A DNA stretch of 64,000 nucleotides from Mobula hypostoma (taxonomy: Eukaryota). How positions within the stretch are numbered: position 1 is the first letter of the stretch; the number at the start of each line of letters is the position of its first letter. The notes beneath the pieces were generated by a model that saw only the letters and a program-made list of their open reading frames with translations, had not been told where the DNA came from and made no database searches. A program made the position numbers and the translations under genes. The stretch spans positions 44,890,001-44,954,000 of the forward strand of contig NC_086097.1 of the NCBI RefSeq assembly GCF_963921235.1, given 5' to 3'. Below are positions 12,005 through 24,489 of this stretch, piece after piece.

Positions 12005-14300
12005 CATAGATCATACAACAGTACAGCACAGTACAGGTCCTTCAATCCACAATGTTGTGCCAACCTTATAACCTATTCCAAGATCAACCTAATCCTTCCC
12101 TCCCACATGACTCTCCATTTTCCTTTTAGATATAGTTGGGATGTTTAAGTGCCTCTTAAACATCCCAACTATATCTGCCTCTTCCACCACCCTTGGCTGT
12201 GTGTTCCATGCACTTACCACTCTCGTGTATAAACACACCTCTGATATCTCCTCCCCCTCCCCTCCCCAGTACTTTACCCCAGCTATCTTAAAATAATGCC
12301 CTCTTTGCTGCCCTGGAAAAATGGTGCCTCTTATCATCTTACCTAGAAGAGAAAGGAAGAGAAATTGCCTTTTAAACTCATGAGAAAGCGTAGGCCATCA
12401 ACTTTTTGCTGTTGTTGTTTCTGTAGCAGGCAATTTCTTTTTTTACGAGGTCGAGTTGCTAGCTTGGCACTCAGCCCAGCACAGATGGAAAGCGTGCCGG
12501 GGAACCGGCTGGATTCGAACTCGGGAGCCTTCGCTCTGAAGTCCAGCGCTGATGCCACTACGCCACCAGTCGACATCTTACCTAGTCACCTGTCATATTG
12601 CTTTGCACCAAAGAGAAAAGCCCTAGCTCGCACAACCTTTCATCATAAAGCATGATCTCCAGTTCAGGCAGCATCCTGACAAATCTCCTCTGTGTCCTCA
12701 CCAAAGCTTCCACATCTTTCCTATAATGAGAACTTAACAGAATACTTTGTGTCCTCCAGTATATTGTAAAGCTGCAATATTACCTTGCAGTACTTAATCT
12801 CCCGACTAATGAAGGCCAACAAACCACACGTCTTCTTAACCTTATCAACTTGTGTGGCAACTTTGAAGAATCTATGGATGTGGACCCCAAGTTCCCCCTG
12901 TTCCTCCACACTATTAAGAATGCTACGATTAGCCTTGTACTGTGCCTTCAAGTTCAACCTTCCAAAGTGCATCACTTTACACTTTTCTTAATTAAACTCC
13001 ATCTGCCACTTCTCAGCCCAACTCTGCATCCTATAAATGTCTGATGTAACCTATGACAACCTTCAACACTACCCACAACACTGTCAATTTTCGACAATTG
13101 TCACTGTCAATCGTCATCTGCAAACTTACTAAGGAACCCTTCCACTTTCTTATCCAAGTAATTTGTAAAAATCACAAAGAGCAGGGACCCCATAACAAAC
13201 CCCTGCTAGTCACCAACCTCCAGGCAGGATAAACTCCTTCTAGTACCACACACTGTCTTCTGTAGACAATCCAATTCTGAAGCCACACAGCAAGCTTTCC
13301 ATGGATCCCACCTGAAGGAGCCTACCACAGGCGCATTGTTGAATGCCTTACTAAAATTCATATACACCACATCCACTGCTCTACATTCCTCAATTTTTTT
13401 TGCCACCTCTTCAAAAAACTCAACAAGGCTTGTGAGGAATGTCCGGTCCCTCACAAAGCCATGCAGACCATCCCTAATCAGACTATACTTCTCCTAATGC
13501 TCACAAATCCTGTCTCTAAGGATCCTCTCCAATGTTTTGCCCATCACTGATTTATGACTCACTGATCTATAATTCCCAAGGTTATTCCTATTATCTTTCT
13601 TGAACAAGGAATAAAATTTGCCAGCCTCCAATCTTCTGCTACTACTCCTGTGGGTAGTGAGGATGTACACATCATTGCCAAAGATGCAGCAATCTCCTCC
13701 CTCGCTTCCCGTAGTAACTTGGGGTATATTGCTTCTGACCCCAGGGATGAATTTCAAAAGTTCCAGCATATCATCTTTCTCAAGGTCAACATGTTCCAGC
13801 ATATTAGACTGCTTTACCTTGTCCTTGCATTCAAAGTCCCTCTCAGTGGTGAACACTGAAGTAAAGTATTCATTAAGGACCTCCCTCCCCCCCACCACCA
13901 CCTCCTCCAACTCCAGGCACGTTTCCTCCTTTATTCCCGATCAGTCTTACACTCACTCTGCTCATCCCTCTGTTCTTCACATATAGAAAGCCTTGGAGAT
14001 CTCCTTAATCCTACTCCCCAAGGCCTTTTCATGTCTCCTTCAGGTTCTCCTAAATGCTTTCTGAAGCTCTTTTCTTGCTACCTTAACTCTCAAGAGCCCC
14101 ATCTGATCTGTGCTTCCCAATCTTTAAGTATCTTTACTTCTTCCTATTTGACTAGATGTTCCACTTCTCTTGTCAAGCATGGTTCCTTCTCCCCACTAAT
14201 CCCCTGCCTCAATCAGATAAACCTATCCAGAACCCTATGCCAGTGCTCCCTAACCAATCTCTACATTTCTGTTATAAATTTCCCAAAATACATCTGTTCC
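12005..14300 (-). mobile_element. Decayed CR1 LINE (RT to 3' UTR) hosting a SINE
   Basis: Fragments LTSLVEFFEEV...AVDVVYMNFSKAF, GNYRSVS...GKTLERILRDRI, MHFGRLN...ELGVHIHR and RVVSAWN. Confidence 0.88.
12347..12573 (-). mobile_element. tRNA-derived SINE
   Basis: Minus-strand Pol III A box tggcgtagtgg (12555-12565) and B box gagttcgaatcc (12511-12522). Pyrimidine simple-repeat tail. Perfect 12-bp TSD catcttacctag at 12335-12346 and 12574-12585. Confidence 0.9.
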
Positions 14301-16968
14301 CAATGTATGTTTAATTTGTTACCTTCCGCAGGAACTGTTTTAAGGATTTATGGAACTTTGTAGGATGACAACTGCTCTCCCAGTTTTTGCAAACAGATAC
14401 AAAAGTCACCGGGAATAATTCTGCTTACATCTCTGACCAGCAGATCCTGTGACGTCATGACAGTCATGTCAACCCTTACATTTAAGATGACATGTAGCAC
14501 ATGAATTTTTAAAAAATTCATTCTCCAAGTATGGTTATAGCTAGCATGATTACATTTATTGTCCATCTCAATTTGTTCTCAAGAAGCAGCTAGTGAGTTA
14601 TTTAAATGTCCTCTGATCATCTTCTAGCTAATATTTCTGCAATCCTATGATTGTCCTGAATATAAAATTCCTCCTGCAGGTAGCATCAATGTGGCTGCAG
14701 CATTCCCCGTATGAAACACAATACCTTGAGCTTTGATATTCTGCTGCTCATTGGTGATAGTTTGATTTATAGTTTTCTTTTACAGTTTTACAAGTGGGTT
14801 AGTTGTGACAGTCATTTTATTAATGGATCCTTGCACAAGCTCTTTCTTGCAAGATTGTGTGACTTGTCTAACCAGTGAGCAGTCACAGAACATTGCAGTT
14901 GAATGATGTGAATGCCAGCTGGGAGATTATGGTGCCCAAGCCATATCAGAAAGAATGTACTTAATGTAAGTTATTCCACATCATTAGACCCTCCTCCAAG
15001 CTTAAGACAAGTGTTATGTTATTTATCTCTTTCATCCGCACTCTTACAGCACCATACTTCCATACATCACCTACAGTATATTGCAAGGCAAACTCTGTTT
15101 AGGATGTACCAGGCCTTCAGGCTACCAAAGTTCTCCTTGCAGAGCCACAGAGCAGAACAGCACCTTACTCATTCTTTAACAGTATCTTCAACAGCCCTCC
15201 CAAAGTTAATGAGTCTAATGTAATAGAACAGGATATAATGTGCAATTGAGATAAGCATGTCACTGTGGCAAAAAGAAAACAGGAAAAATAGCCCAGAGGA
15301 CTACATGCATGAATCAGAGTGCGGACTCCAATGTATTATTGATTATCTAAAACATGGAAACTAATAAAAGTCTAAGACATTAAATGTGAGATGGCTGTCT
15401 CTAGATTTGCAAAACTGTTTTGGAATTGTTCCTTGTTACAGCTGAAACAAACAAGGAATCAAAAAAAAAACCAAAAAAGTGCAGGTCCTATTGAATAAGC
15501 AGTAGAGCACTCTTTTGAATAAACTCATTCAGCTCCGCTGTCATAAGGTTACAGAAAATCTTTCCTATCAAATGCAATAAGCACATAGAACAGTTCATCT
15601 CTGTGCGACAGAACACACATCATATTACAATAGTCTCAGCTTTATTCTTGCACATTGGTACACTATTATTGTGTATATTATTATTCCATATGTTATTATT
15701 AGTTAAGTCTGCACACTGCTAAGTGTGTTTTTAAATGTTGTTGCTGTAACGAAATAGTTTCCCACTCAGGGTCAATAAAGAACTTATTATTATTATTATT
15801 GAACAGCTAGAAAAAGAGGTGAAAATAAACGCAAAAGCTAATACCAAAACTCTCCTTTAATATTCATGCGCATGACTTATTTAAATAGTTACCCACTGAC
15901 TGCAGCAGATTTTAGCCCAAGATAATGGTCAATGCTGCCATAGTGTTTTTAATGAATTTTTCATACTTTAATGGTAATACCACACAGTATGTGTGGAACA
16001 GAAACATCCTACTGTTCATTAACAGACTGTATGCCTTGAACAATAAGGTTAAAATCTGCTTGATGTTTCTGGAACCTGAATTTCTTCACACACAAACAAG
16101 TAAGTAGCCCTTAATCAAATAAGTTGAATAATTTCTTCTGTCCTGTACTTTACTATGGACCAAAGTAAGTATGTTCAATGTGCAAATACAATGCTCTATA
16201 AATAATCTTAATTTTTCTATCATAAATCAGCAGAATTAACATTTTAAATGGATTAAAAGGCACTTATTATCTTAAGCTGCACAAATCTTTCTTGACATAT
16301 TAGGCCTTAAAAGACTAACATATACAGTCACTTTTAGGAATTCAAAATTTAGAATGATGTACTTTTTTTAAATGAGGACTGGGATTTGAATTAAAACTCT
16401 TACTCCACTGGGTCCCTCAGTAACTCAGCTGTGTTACTAGAAAATGTTGAGGTCTTGATGTGCAAAATCAGTAGCTGCCTACTCCGCCCACTTGGAAAAA
16501 AAAGGCATTGAAATACTACAGGTGGTATCACAATTCACTTGTACAACACTTCAATTAATTACAAAACCAACCAAAGATCCTTGATTACAGAAGTAAATAA
16601 TTTCCTTCTATAAATGTGAATTTTCCTTCAAATATGTTCCAAGTCTGCTTACGTCTGAAAAAGGTTTAGGAGCATATCCTTGCTGCTCACCAGCTATAGA
16701 AAGCATGGATGAACATCTTCATTTCACTTTCTTTCCTATTTCCCACACCTTTTGATTCTCTTCTTGTCTAAAAATCTTTGCTCATAGTTTTGAAACACTC
16801 TATGAACAGAGATGAGAACTCCTGGTTTTAGACTCTCCCAGCCAAGGATAATTTCCTCTCCATCTTGTCAAGCTCTGATTCTGCTGATACAAGTTTAGCT
16901 GTTTTGATAGCACTCCAAACTGGGAACCAATTTGTTAAACATCCATTGTACCTGCATCAGGACAAGCA

Positions 16969-17469
16969 CACTCAATGGCCACTTTATGAAGTGTACTTTT
17001 ACACCTGTTCCTTAATACAAATATCTAACCAGCCAATCATGTGGAAACAACTCAATGCATAAAAGCACGCAGGCATGGTCAAGAGGTTCAGTTATTCAGA
17101 TAAAACATCAGAATGAGGGAAGAAATGTGATCTAGGTGACTTTGACCATGGAATAATTGCTGGTGCTATACAGGGTGATTTGAGTATCTCAGAAACTGCT
17201 GATATCTAGTGTTTACAGAGAACTGTATCAAAAATTTTAAAAAATCCACTGAGTGGTGATTCTGTGGCAAAAATGTCTTATAAATGAGAGATGTCAGAGG
17301 AAAATGGCCAAACTGATTCAATCTGACAGGAAGGCGACAATAGCCTCAAATAGCCACAAGGTACAACAATGGTGTGCAGAAGAGCAACTCTGAACATACA
17401 ACACATTGAACTTTGAAGTAGATGACCATGAACAAACACTCAGTGGCCACTTTATTAGGTACCACTGAG
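16969..17469 (+). mobile_element. Internally deleted Tc1-family element
   Basis: Terminus cactca(a/g)tggccactttat. Decayed transposase N-terminus from about 17113 (MRKKCDLGDFDHGIIAGA...LSISETAD). A second direct copy of the terminus lies at about 17437. Confidence 0.7.
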
Positions 17470-18289
17470 TTCATGGAGACCAAAATCTCAGCACAATACT
17501 TGGTTTATCCAAAGTCCTAAAAATTGCCTTTTTCCTTCCTCTTATTCAAATTTTTACAATAAAAGTTCGAACATGCCATTTGTTTTTTCTTAATCACTTG
17601 ATGTACCTGTACATTAGTTTTCAGATCTGTGTACAAGGCACCCACATCCCTCTGAATCTGTACGAAGATTTGCCTCTTACCACATATTATAATCCATTAG
17701 CTACATTCTTGCTCTTTCATTAATCTATGCAGTCTTCACATCATCCAACTTCAGCATCTAACTTTAATGCACATCCAAGTTTTTGGCATAGCTTGTATAC
17801 CTTGAACCAAATGAACTGATTATTGCAACACTCGACTACAATCTTGTAATCCTAAAATTGATCCAGTTATTCCTTAACCTCATACTAATATATTACTTCA
17901 AATCTTACATCTTCAATTCTTCAGAAGTATACTGCACATCATTTTTGTAGTTTAATTTGCATGGGTCACATAGCCCTTTAAGCCTGTTTTATAGATCATG
18001 GCTTCTCTGTGATCCAATTACATTTACTCACCCTTTCCAGAGGTTCTCTGATAACATGAACCTATCACAGGGTCATAGAAATATAATAAGCAAGAGTTGA
18101 ACAGTGGCCTGATCAATCCTTGCTTGGTTTCCTAATCTTCAGAAATATTGCCATTGTTCTACCCTTCCACTCCTCTCACTCTCACCCCAAGGAAATGAAT
18201 CTCTGGGTTGTATATGGTGACATATATGTACAGTATGTTGATAATCAATTTACTTTGAACTTTGATCTCCCCACCTTCTCTGCTAGTGA

Positions 18290-18432
18290 AAACTAATTTC
18301 TTTTCTCTCTGTCAGTTCTGATGAAGGGTCTAGGAATTGAAATGTTAACTCTTTTTCCTTTCACAGATGCTGCATGATTTATTGAATGTTTCCAGCATTT
18401 ATATTTCAGACTTCCAGCATCTGCATATTTTT
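18290..18432 (+). mobile_element. Old PLE terminal fragment
   Basis: ctgatgaagggtc...gaaatgtt hammerhead-like core followed by gatgctgc...ttccagcatctgca. Confidence 0.6.
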
Positions 18433-18739
18433 AATCTGTTGTACTGCCGACCCAATATTCTTGTTCACTATCATAACCTAATTAACTCAGCTGCATTTAC
18501 CATACTAATTATGGCTTTTACACATGAACTTTGAGCCCAATGTTGAAGAGTGGCTTGCATTAGTTGAAGCTAGTTAATGACAATTGAAGCTCTGCCTGTT
18601 AAAGTGATGTTCTTTGCCTGTAATTAATGGTGGATGTTATTTGAATAATTTTAGCTCTGAACACCTTGTTGAAGAGGAGAGAGACCCAAAGCCTTCCAGG
18701 TTTATAATCAAGCAGTATTGGAAAGAGGTCATAACTGAG

Positions 18740-19070
18740 TTCTATACTGTGGAGTATTGGGTTCAGTTCAGGTTGCATCATTATAAGAAGGATGTAGAAG
18801 CTTTAGAGAGGGTGCAGAGGAGATGAGAGTAAAGTACAGGGGATATTTCAGAAGTAAGTTTTGTTTTACACAGGATGGTAAGTGCAAGGAAAGCACATTG
18901 CTGGGATGGTGGTAGAGGCTGATACATTAGGGACATTTAACAGACTCTTAAATAGGCAGATGGGTGAAAAAATACAGGACTCTGTGTGAGGGAAGGATTA
19001 GATTGATCTTGGAGCAGGTTAAAATGTTGGTATACATGGTGGGCAAAGGGCCTGTACTGTTCGATGTTCC
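18740..19070 (+). mobile_element. CR1 3' fragment, internally deleted
   Basis: EYWVQFRLHHYKKDVEALERVQRR followed by a CR1 3' UTR. Confidence 0.75.
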
Positions 19071-20164
19071 ACACAAGGGTAAAGTCGCAAATGGATGAAG
19101 TGCATTAAGACATTTAATACTAAATAAGCATATTAAGGTTACTTCAAATGTCACAAATCTCACACACTGATTCAAAATGTAAAGCTCTGGCACCCAAAAA
19201 CAACACTCTCAATCAAAGCTTCCACCTAATAATGTTGCACCCAACAGTACAACCATGTACTGACTATTAACTTAAGCCATGATAGTCAGATTTACCAGCT
19301 ACCACAGTACCAACAACTTCATCAAGGAAGACACATACAGTGTATTACCATTACGAGCTACAGCACATTAGTGGGCTCAGAATTCACCAACATGGAAGAC
19401 AGAATGTGGGCATCTGTAACAGCTCTAATGGTGTCCATGGTTTATAGATAGTACAGAGATCATTGAAAATAACACAACATTCTTTTTCATATTGCACTTA
19501 CTGCAATCCTTTTGACAGTTTTAAAGAAGCGTAAACACAGTAATTTTACTTGGTCTCTTCTGTCTCTAACATTGACCTTGTGATTGTTTCTTTCAGAATG
19601 AGAAATACAACACTGAAAAAGTAACTTAAATTGATGTTCACTAAAACCAGCGCAGATACTGCACTCAGTTTAATATAAAGGTTGAACCCAGGGCAGGACT
19701 GCCACACAGCTGGTCACCATGAAACAGGTCAGGGTGGGGACCAGGATAGCCATTCTGTTGCAGGTTGACATTTGCGTCAGAGGACTTATTGAAGACTTAG
19801 TGATCACCTGCCTCACGAACATCTCTTAAACTGCAAGACGTCTCTTCGGCAGTCTGGACTGTGTAAGTGATGCCAGTATGATGCAGCAAAGTCTTCACCT
19901 CATGGGCTTCTAATAGACGTGGGGAGGCCAGTGTGGATGGGCATTGTTTCGAAGTGCCCTCCTTTTCTCTTGATACCTTGAATAAAGCTTACACCTTTCA
20001 TGAATGCTTCATGAGTATGGAGTATCATTATTTTATATCTTCTAATTACGATCCCAGACAAGCAGTTTATTTAAAGAATTATATTACTTTCAGTGGTTCA
20101 ATATTTCAGGTGCAGCCCTCAGTGCAATATGGGTGCAGTCAGTCAACCATCCCTTGCAGCTGTC

Positions 20165-21050
20165 TTCACCACTGTTTCTCACTGGACATGGATTCTTATG
20201 AATCCTTGTCCAGTGAGAAAGAAAATTTCTCATAATCATTCCCTCTGTGATTCCCTTGTCAATTTGTCCCTCCCCACTAATCTCCTTCCCAGCTCATATA
20301 ATTGCAAGAGGCCTAAATGCCACACCTGCCCATTCACCTCCTCCCTCTCCTCAATTCAGGGCCCCAAACAGTCCTTGGAGGAGAGGCAACACTTCACATG
20401 AGAAAAATCTGGTCATCTATTGTGCCTGGCACTCCCGATGCAGTCTCCTCTACATTGGTGGGATTCTGCTTTGGAGTACTGCTTTGTCAAGCACTACTGC
20501 TCCATCTGCCAAAAGTGGAAGTTCCAAACACTTTAATTCCAATTCCATTCCCATTCCGACATGTCAGTCCATGGCCTCCTCTTGTGCCAAGATGAGGCCA
20601 CCCTCAGAGTGGAGGAAAAACACCCAATATTCCATCTGGGTTTCCTCCAACCTGATGGCATGAATATCAATTTCTCCTTCCGGTAAAAAGAAATTCCCTC
20701 CCTCTCCCCTCTTCGTATATTCTCCACTCTGCTCTTTACCCTCTCCTCACTTGCCTATTACTTTGTCCTGAGTCTCTTCCTCCTTCCTTTTCTCCTTTGG
20801 TCCACTCTCCTCTCCTATCAGATTCCTTTTTCTCCAGCTCTTTATCTTTCTAAACCACCTGGCTTCACCTTTGAGCTATCCTCCTTCCCCTCCCCCTACT
20901 TTTTTATTCTGGCATCTTTTCAGTCCTGAAGAAGGTTCTCAGCCTGAACTATTTATTCATTTCCATAGATGGAGATTGACCTGCTGAGTTCCTCCAGCAT
21001 CTTGTGTGTGCTACTGTGGATTTCCAGCATCAGAAGACTTTCTCATGCTT
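20165..21050 (+). mobile_element. PLE 3' fragment (GIY-YIG region and terminal repeat)
   Basis: CKRPKCHTCP...QGPKQ and VIYCAWHSRCSLLYIG motifs. Terminal segment has ctgaagaagg...cctgaa and ctgctgagttcctccagcat. Confidence 0.8.
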
Positions 21051-22447
21051 CTCATATTCATTCTGCACAGAACTTGATTGTGGAATGGGAATATGTGCCT
21101 AGAAATTCAGTGCATGGAAATGTGTAATGCAGTGGAGCAACAACTTTTATTTTCTAAGAACCTGTGGCTTCAAAGTTCTGTGGCACACAAAGCCCAAGGC
21201 TTTATGAGCAGTAGGGCAGGCATTGCCTCATTAGTGCACGTGAAGGGCTTTGCTCCATTTTGTGTGCAATGAAGGAAAGCAAGTGGAGAAGGTGGAGCAA
21301 GTGGAGGAAAACTGTGGAAGTCAGGTTGAGCAGATCTGTGGGGTGAACAGGATCTGGCAGGTGAGGGAACATTGGGTTATCATTCGGGAGGTGAGGGACA
21401 CCTTAAGAGTCAAAAGAAACACTAGAGTTGGGTCTCAGCTGGTTAGGAGATGGGCAAGGTGGTCAAGGTTCCAACATTGATAAATGGAAGAAGGGGCACT
21501 TAAACTGAGGGAGAGCTGTTTTATTCAGCCACCTACCCAAAACTGGTCCTCTGCAATGCTCAGGCTAAAATATCTTCACATGCTTGCTCCTATGTGAATG
21601 GCTCATGCCTAAGGATATCACTGTGCTTGTTCATTTATCTTCGAGTGTTAGCATATGAAAGATCCAAAAGGATGACTGGGATTTTTAAATCAACACATTA
21701 GGTTCCCTAATTTAGTTAACTATTGTTTTTTAATTAAAATTTATTTTCATTGTTTATATTAACTTTGAACAGCTTTAAATATCTACACTACAACGTTTAT
21801 GATTTTTCAAGCTGGCTTTAAACCAGGATGCTCAATTAGTTAATACCATAATACTTAGCCTAACTGCTCTTCTCTCATCTTTTTCCGATGACTTCTAACA
21901 AAGGAGAAATGTAACCATAATTTTACACCCTGAAACATGATGCTTGTGTATTTAGATAGACATCCGGGTCTTGATCAAATGTCTGATTGATCGTGGCTTT
22001 TGAAAGCACAGCATTGTCACATTAGAGAAGGCTAAAGGAAACCACATTGTTGTGGTGGAGTTCTCTACTATAACTGTAACTGGTTGAATAGGAGTTAGTG
22101 CAACAGTTTTGCTTTCTGCAACACAGCAACACTATCTGCAACTTAGTACATTCAATTATGTAGTGGATTTAAATTTATATGTGAAGTGCTCTAATTTTAA
22201 TACAGGGTGGTTGAAAAACTGATATATGAATTAAAATATTTTAGCTATTAGGTGCTCCTTTTCAGTTTGACCTTGGGATGTAATTTACCAAAAATACTAA
22301 AGCAGTGAAATTATTTATATATTCAAGGAAAAGACAAACATTTGGAAGTAACCTACATTTACAAATTGCCCACAATTAAGCCAGGATGAAGTAATTTTCC
22401 TTTAACATGTATTGGCAAAGCTGTAGGAATCGATTTGGGATGCGGAG

Positions 22448-24215
22448 CTGCTGAAACCCTTTATCATGACTGGAAAGGAAAGGGAGAGATGTCAGAATAA
22501 GGTGGTAGGAGGAGGGGAAGTAGTACAAGCTAGAAGATGATAGGTGAAGCCAGGTAGGTGGGGGAAGTAGGATGAAGTAAGAAGATGGAAGGTGATAGAT
22601 TACTTCTTCTCTAGCCTTTTACCTTTTCTATCTATCACCTCCCAGTAGAAAAGGGAAAGTGAAGGGGATGGCAGAAAAATTACCTGGAAGCTGGAGAAAT
22701 TGTTGTTCATGCCTCAGGTTGGAGGCCACCCAGAACAGATATAAAGACATAAATACAAGAGATTCTTCAGATGCAGGAAATCCAGAGCATCACACACAAA
22801 ACGCTGGAGGAACTCAGCAGGTCAGGCAGCATCTATGCAAATGAATGAACAGTTGATGTTTTTGGCCAAGAACCTTCTTCAGGACTGGAATGGAAGGAGG
22901 AGGGCTCTAGAATAAAAAGTGGGGGTGGGGAAGGAAGACAAGTTAGAAGGTGACAGATAAAGCCAGCTCGGTGAGAAAGGTAAAGGACTGAAAAAGAAGG
23001 AATATAAGGTGTTGCTCAGCTTAGAGTGGCCTCATAGTGGCAGAAGAGGAGATCCTGCACCAATGTATTGGGATGGGAATGGGGATTGGAATTGAAATAG
23101 CTGACACCAGGAGATCCTGCTTTTTGCAGATGGAGCGAAGGTACTCAACAAAGCTGTTTGTCAATCGTTGTCTGGTCTCACCAGTGTAGAGGAGGCCGCA
23201 TCAGAAGTACTGGATACAGTATAGATTCACAAGTGAAGTTCTGCCTTACCTGAAAGGACCATTTGGGGTTCTGAATGGAGATTAGATTAGATTAGATTAT
23301 GAAGACACTCAGTCCTTGTTTACTGTCACTTAGAAATGCATGCATTAAAAATTGATACAATGTTCCTCCAGAAAGATATCACAGAAACACAGGGCAAAAC
23401 CAAGACTAAAACTGACAAAACCACATAATTATAACATATAGCTACAACAGAGCAAAGCAATACCGTAATTTGATAAGGAGCAGACCATGGGCACAGTAAA
23501 AAAAAAGTCTCAAGTCCCGATAGCCCCATCATCTCACGCAGACGATGGAAGGGAGAAACTCTCCCTGCCATGAACCTCCAAGTGTCGCAAACTTGCCGAT
23601 GCATTGGAAGCACCCAACCGCAGCCAGCTCTGAGTCAGTCTGAAAACTTCGAGCCTCCGACCAGCCCTCCGACACCAAGCACCGAGCACCATCCTCTGGC
23701 GAGTGCTTCAAACCCACCCCGGCCGCCGAGCAACAAGCAAAGACGAGGACTCGGGGCCTTCCCCTCGGGAGATTCTGGATCACACAGTAGCAGTGGCAGC
23801 GAAACAGGCATTTCAGAAGTTTCACCAGATGTTCCTCCGTGCTCTCACGTCTGTCTCCATCAAATCAGAATTGTGCACAGCACTGTACTTGACAGATAAC
23901 AGATATCAACCGGAGTGGCCGCTGCAAGTTGTGTCGTGCCGCCATCTTCTCCTCCCGCCTCCCGCGATGAGGGAGAAGGTGAATAGGCAGGTGTAGCACT
24001 TCTGCCACTTGCAGGGATAAGTGCCAGGAGGGAAATTAGTGGGGAGAGACGAATAGATAAGGGAATCACAGAGGGAGCCATCCCTGCAGAAAGAAGAGAA
24101 TGGGGGGCGGGGGGTTGGAAATGCTATGTTTGGTGATAGGGCCCATTGAAAAGAATGATGTGTTGGATGCAGAGGTTCACGGGGTGGTAGGTGAGGACAA
24201 AAGGAACTCTATCCC
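22448..24215 (-). mobile_element. PLE 3' fragment containing a second PLE terminal copy (about 22750-23000) and a retroposon insertion
   Basis: Colinear with 6060-7000. The sequence resumes after each insertion (aatataaggtgttg at 23001; gagggagaaggtg at about 23968). Confidence 0.75.
23281..23963 (-). mobile_element. Young non-autonomous retroposon inserted in a PLE
   Basis: (TCTAA)n tail at 23281-23298. GC/CpG-rich body. The minus 5' end reads gggaggcgggaggagaagatggcggc. No RT coding sequence. Confidence 0.7.
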
Positions 24216-24489
24216 TCTATATTCTTATTTGTATTCTCAGCACAAAGTAGTACATTTCAGTGAAGTATATGAATCACAACTTTTTTTATTGCATTCAGTA
24301 ATAGTCAGGTTGATTTCAGCGATTTCATCAGGGATGCATTAAATTTGGTTCACAGCATGGATTCAGGCCTTTTGGCCTAAACAGACCATACCAAGCACAG
24401 CGCTCAAAGTTCTTGCTTTATGTTTTTAAGTGTTTCTACATCCATTAAGGAATTACAATTTAATGGATGCAGAAAAACATAAAATGTGT

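Noticed and set aside
12500..12573. tRNA gene
   Set aside because: The A and B boxes belong to a SINE head with a body, tail and TSD. No full cloverleaf is evident.
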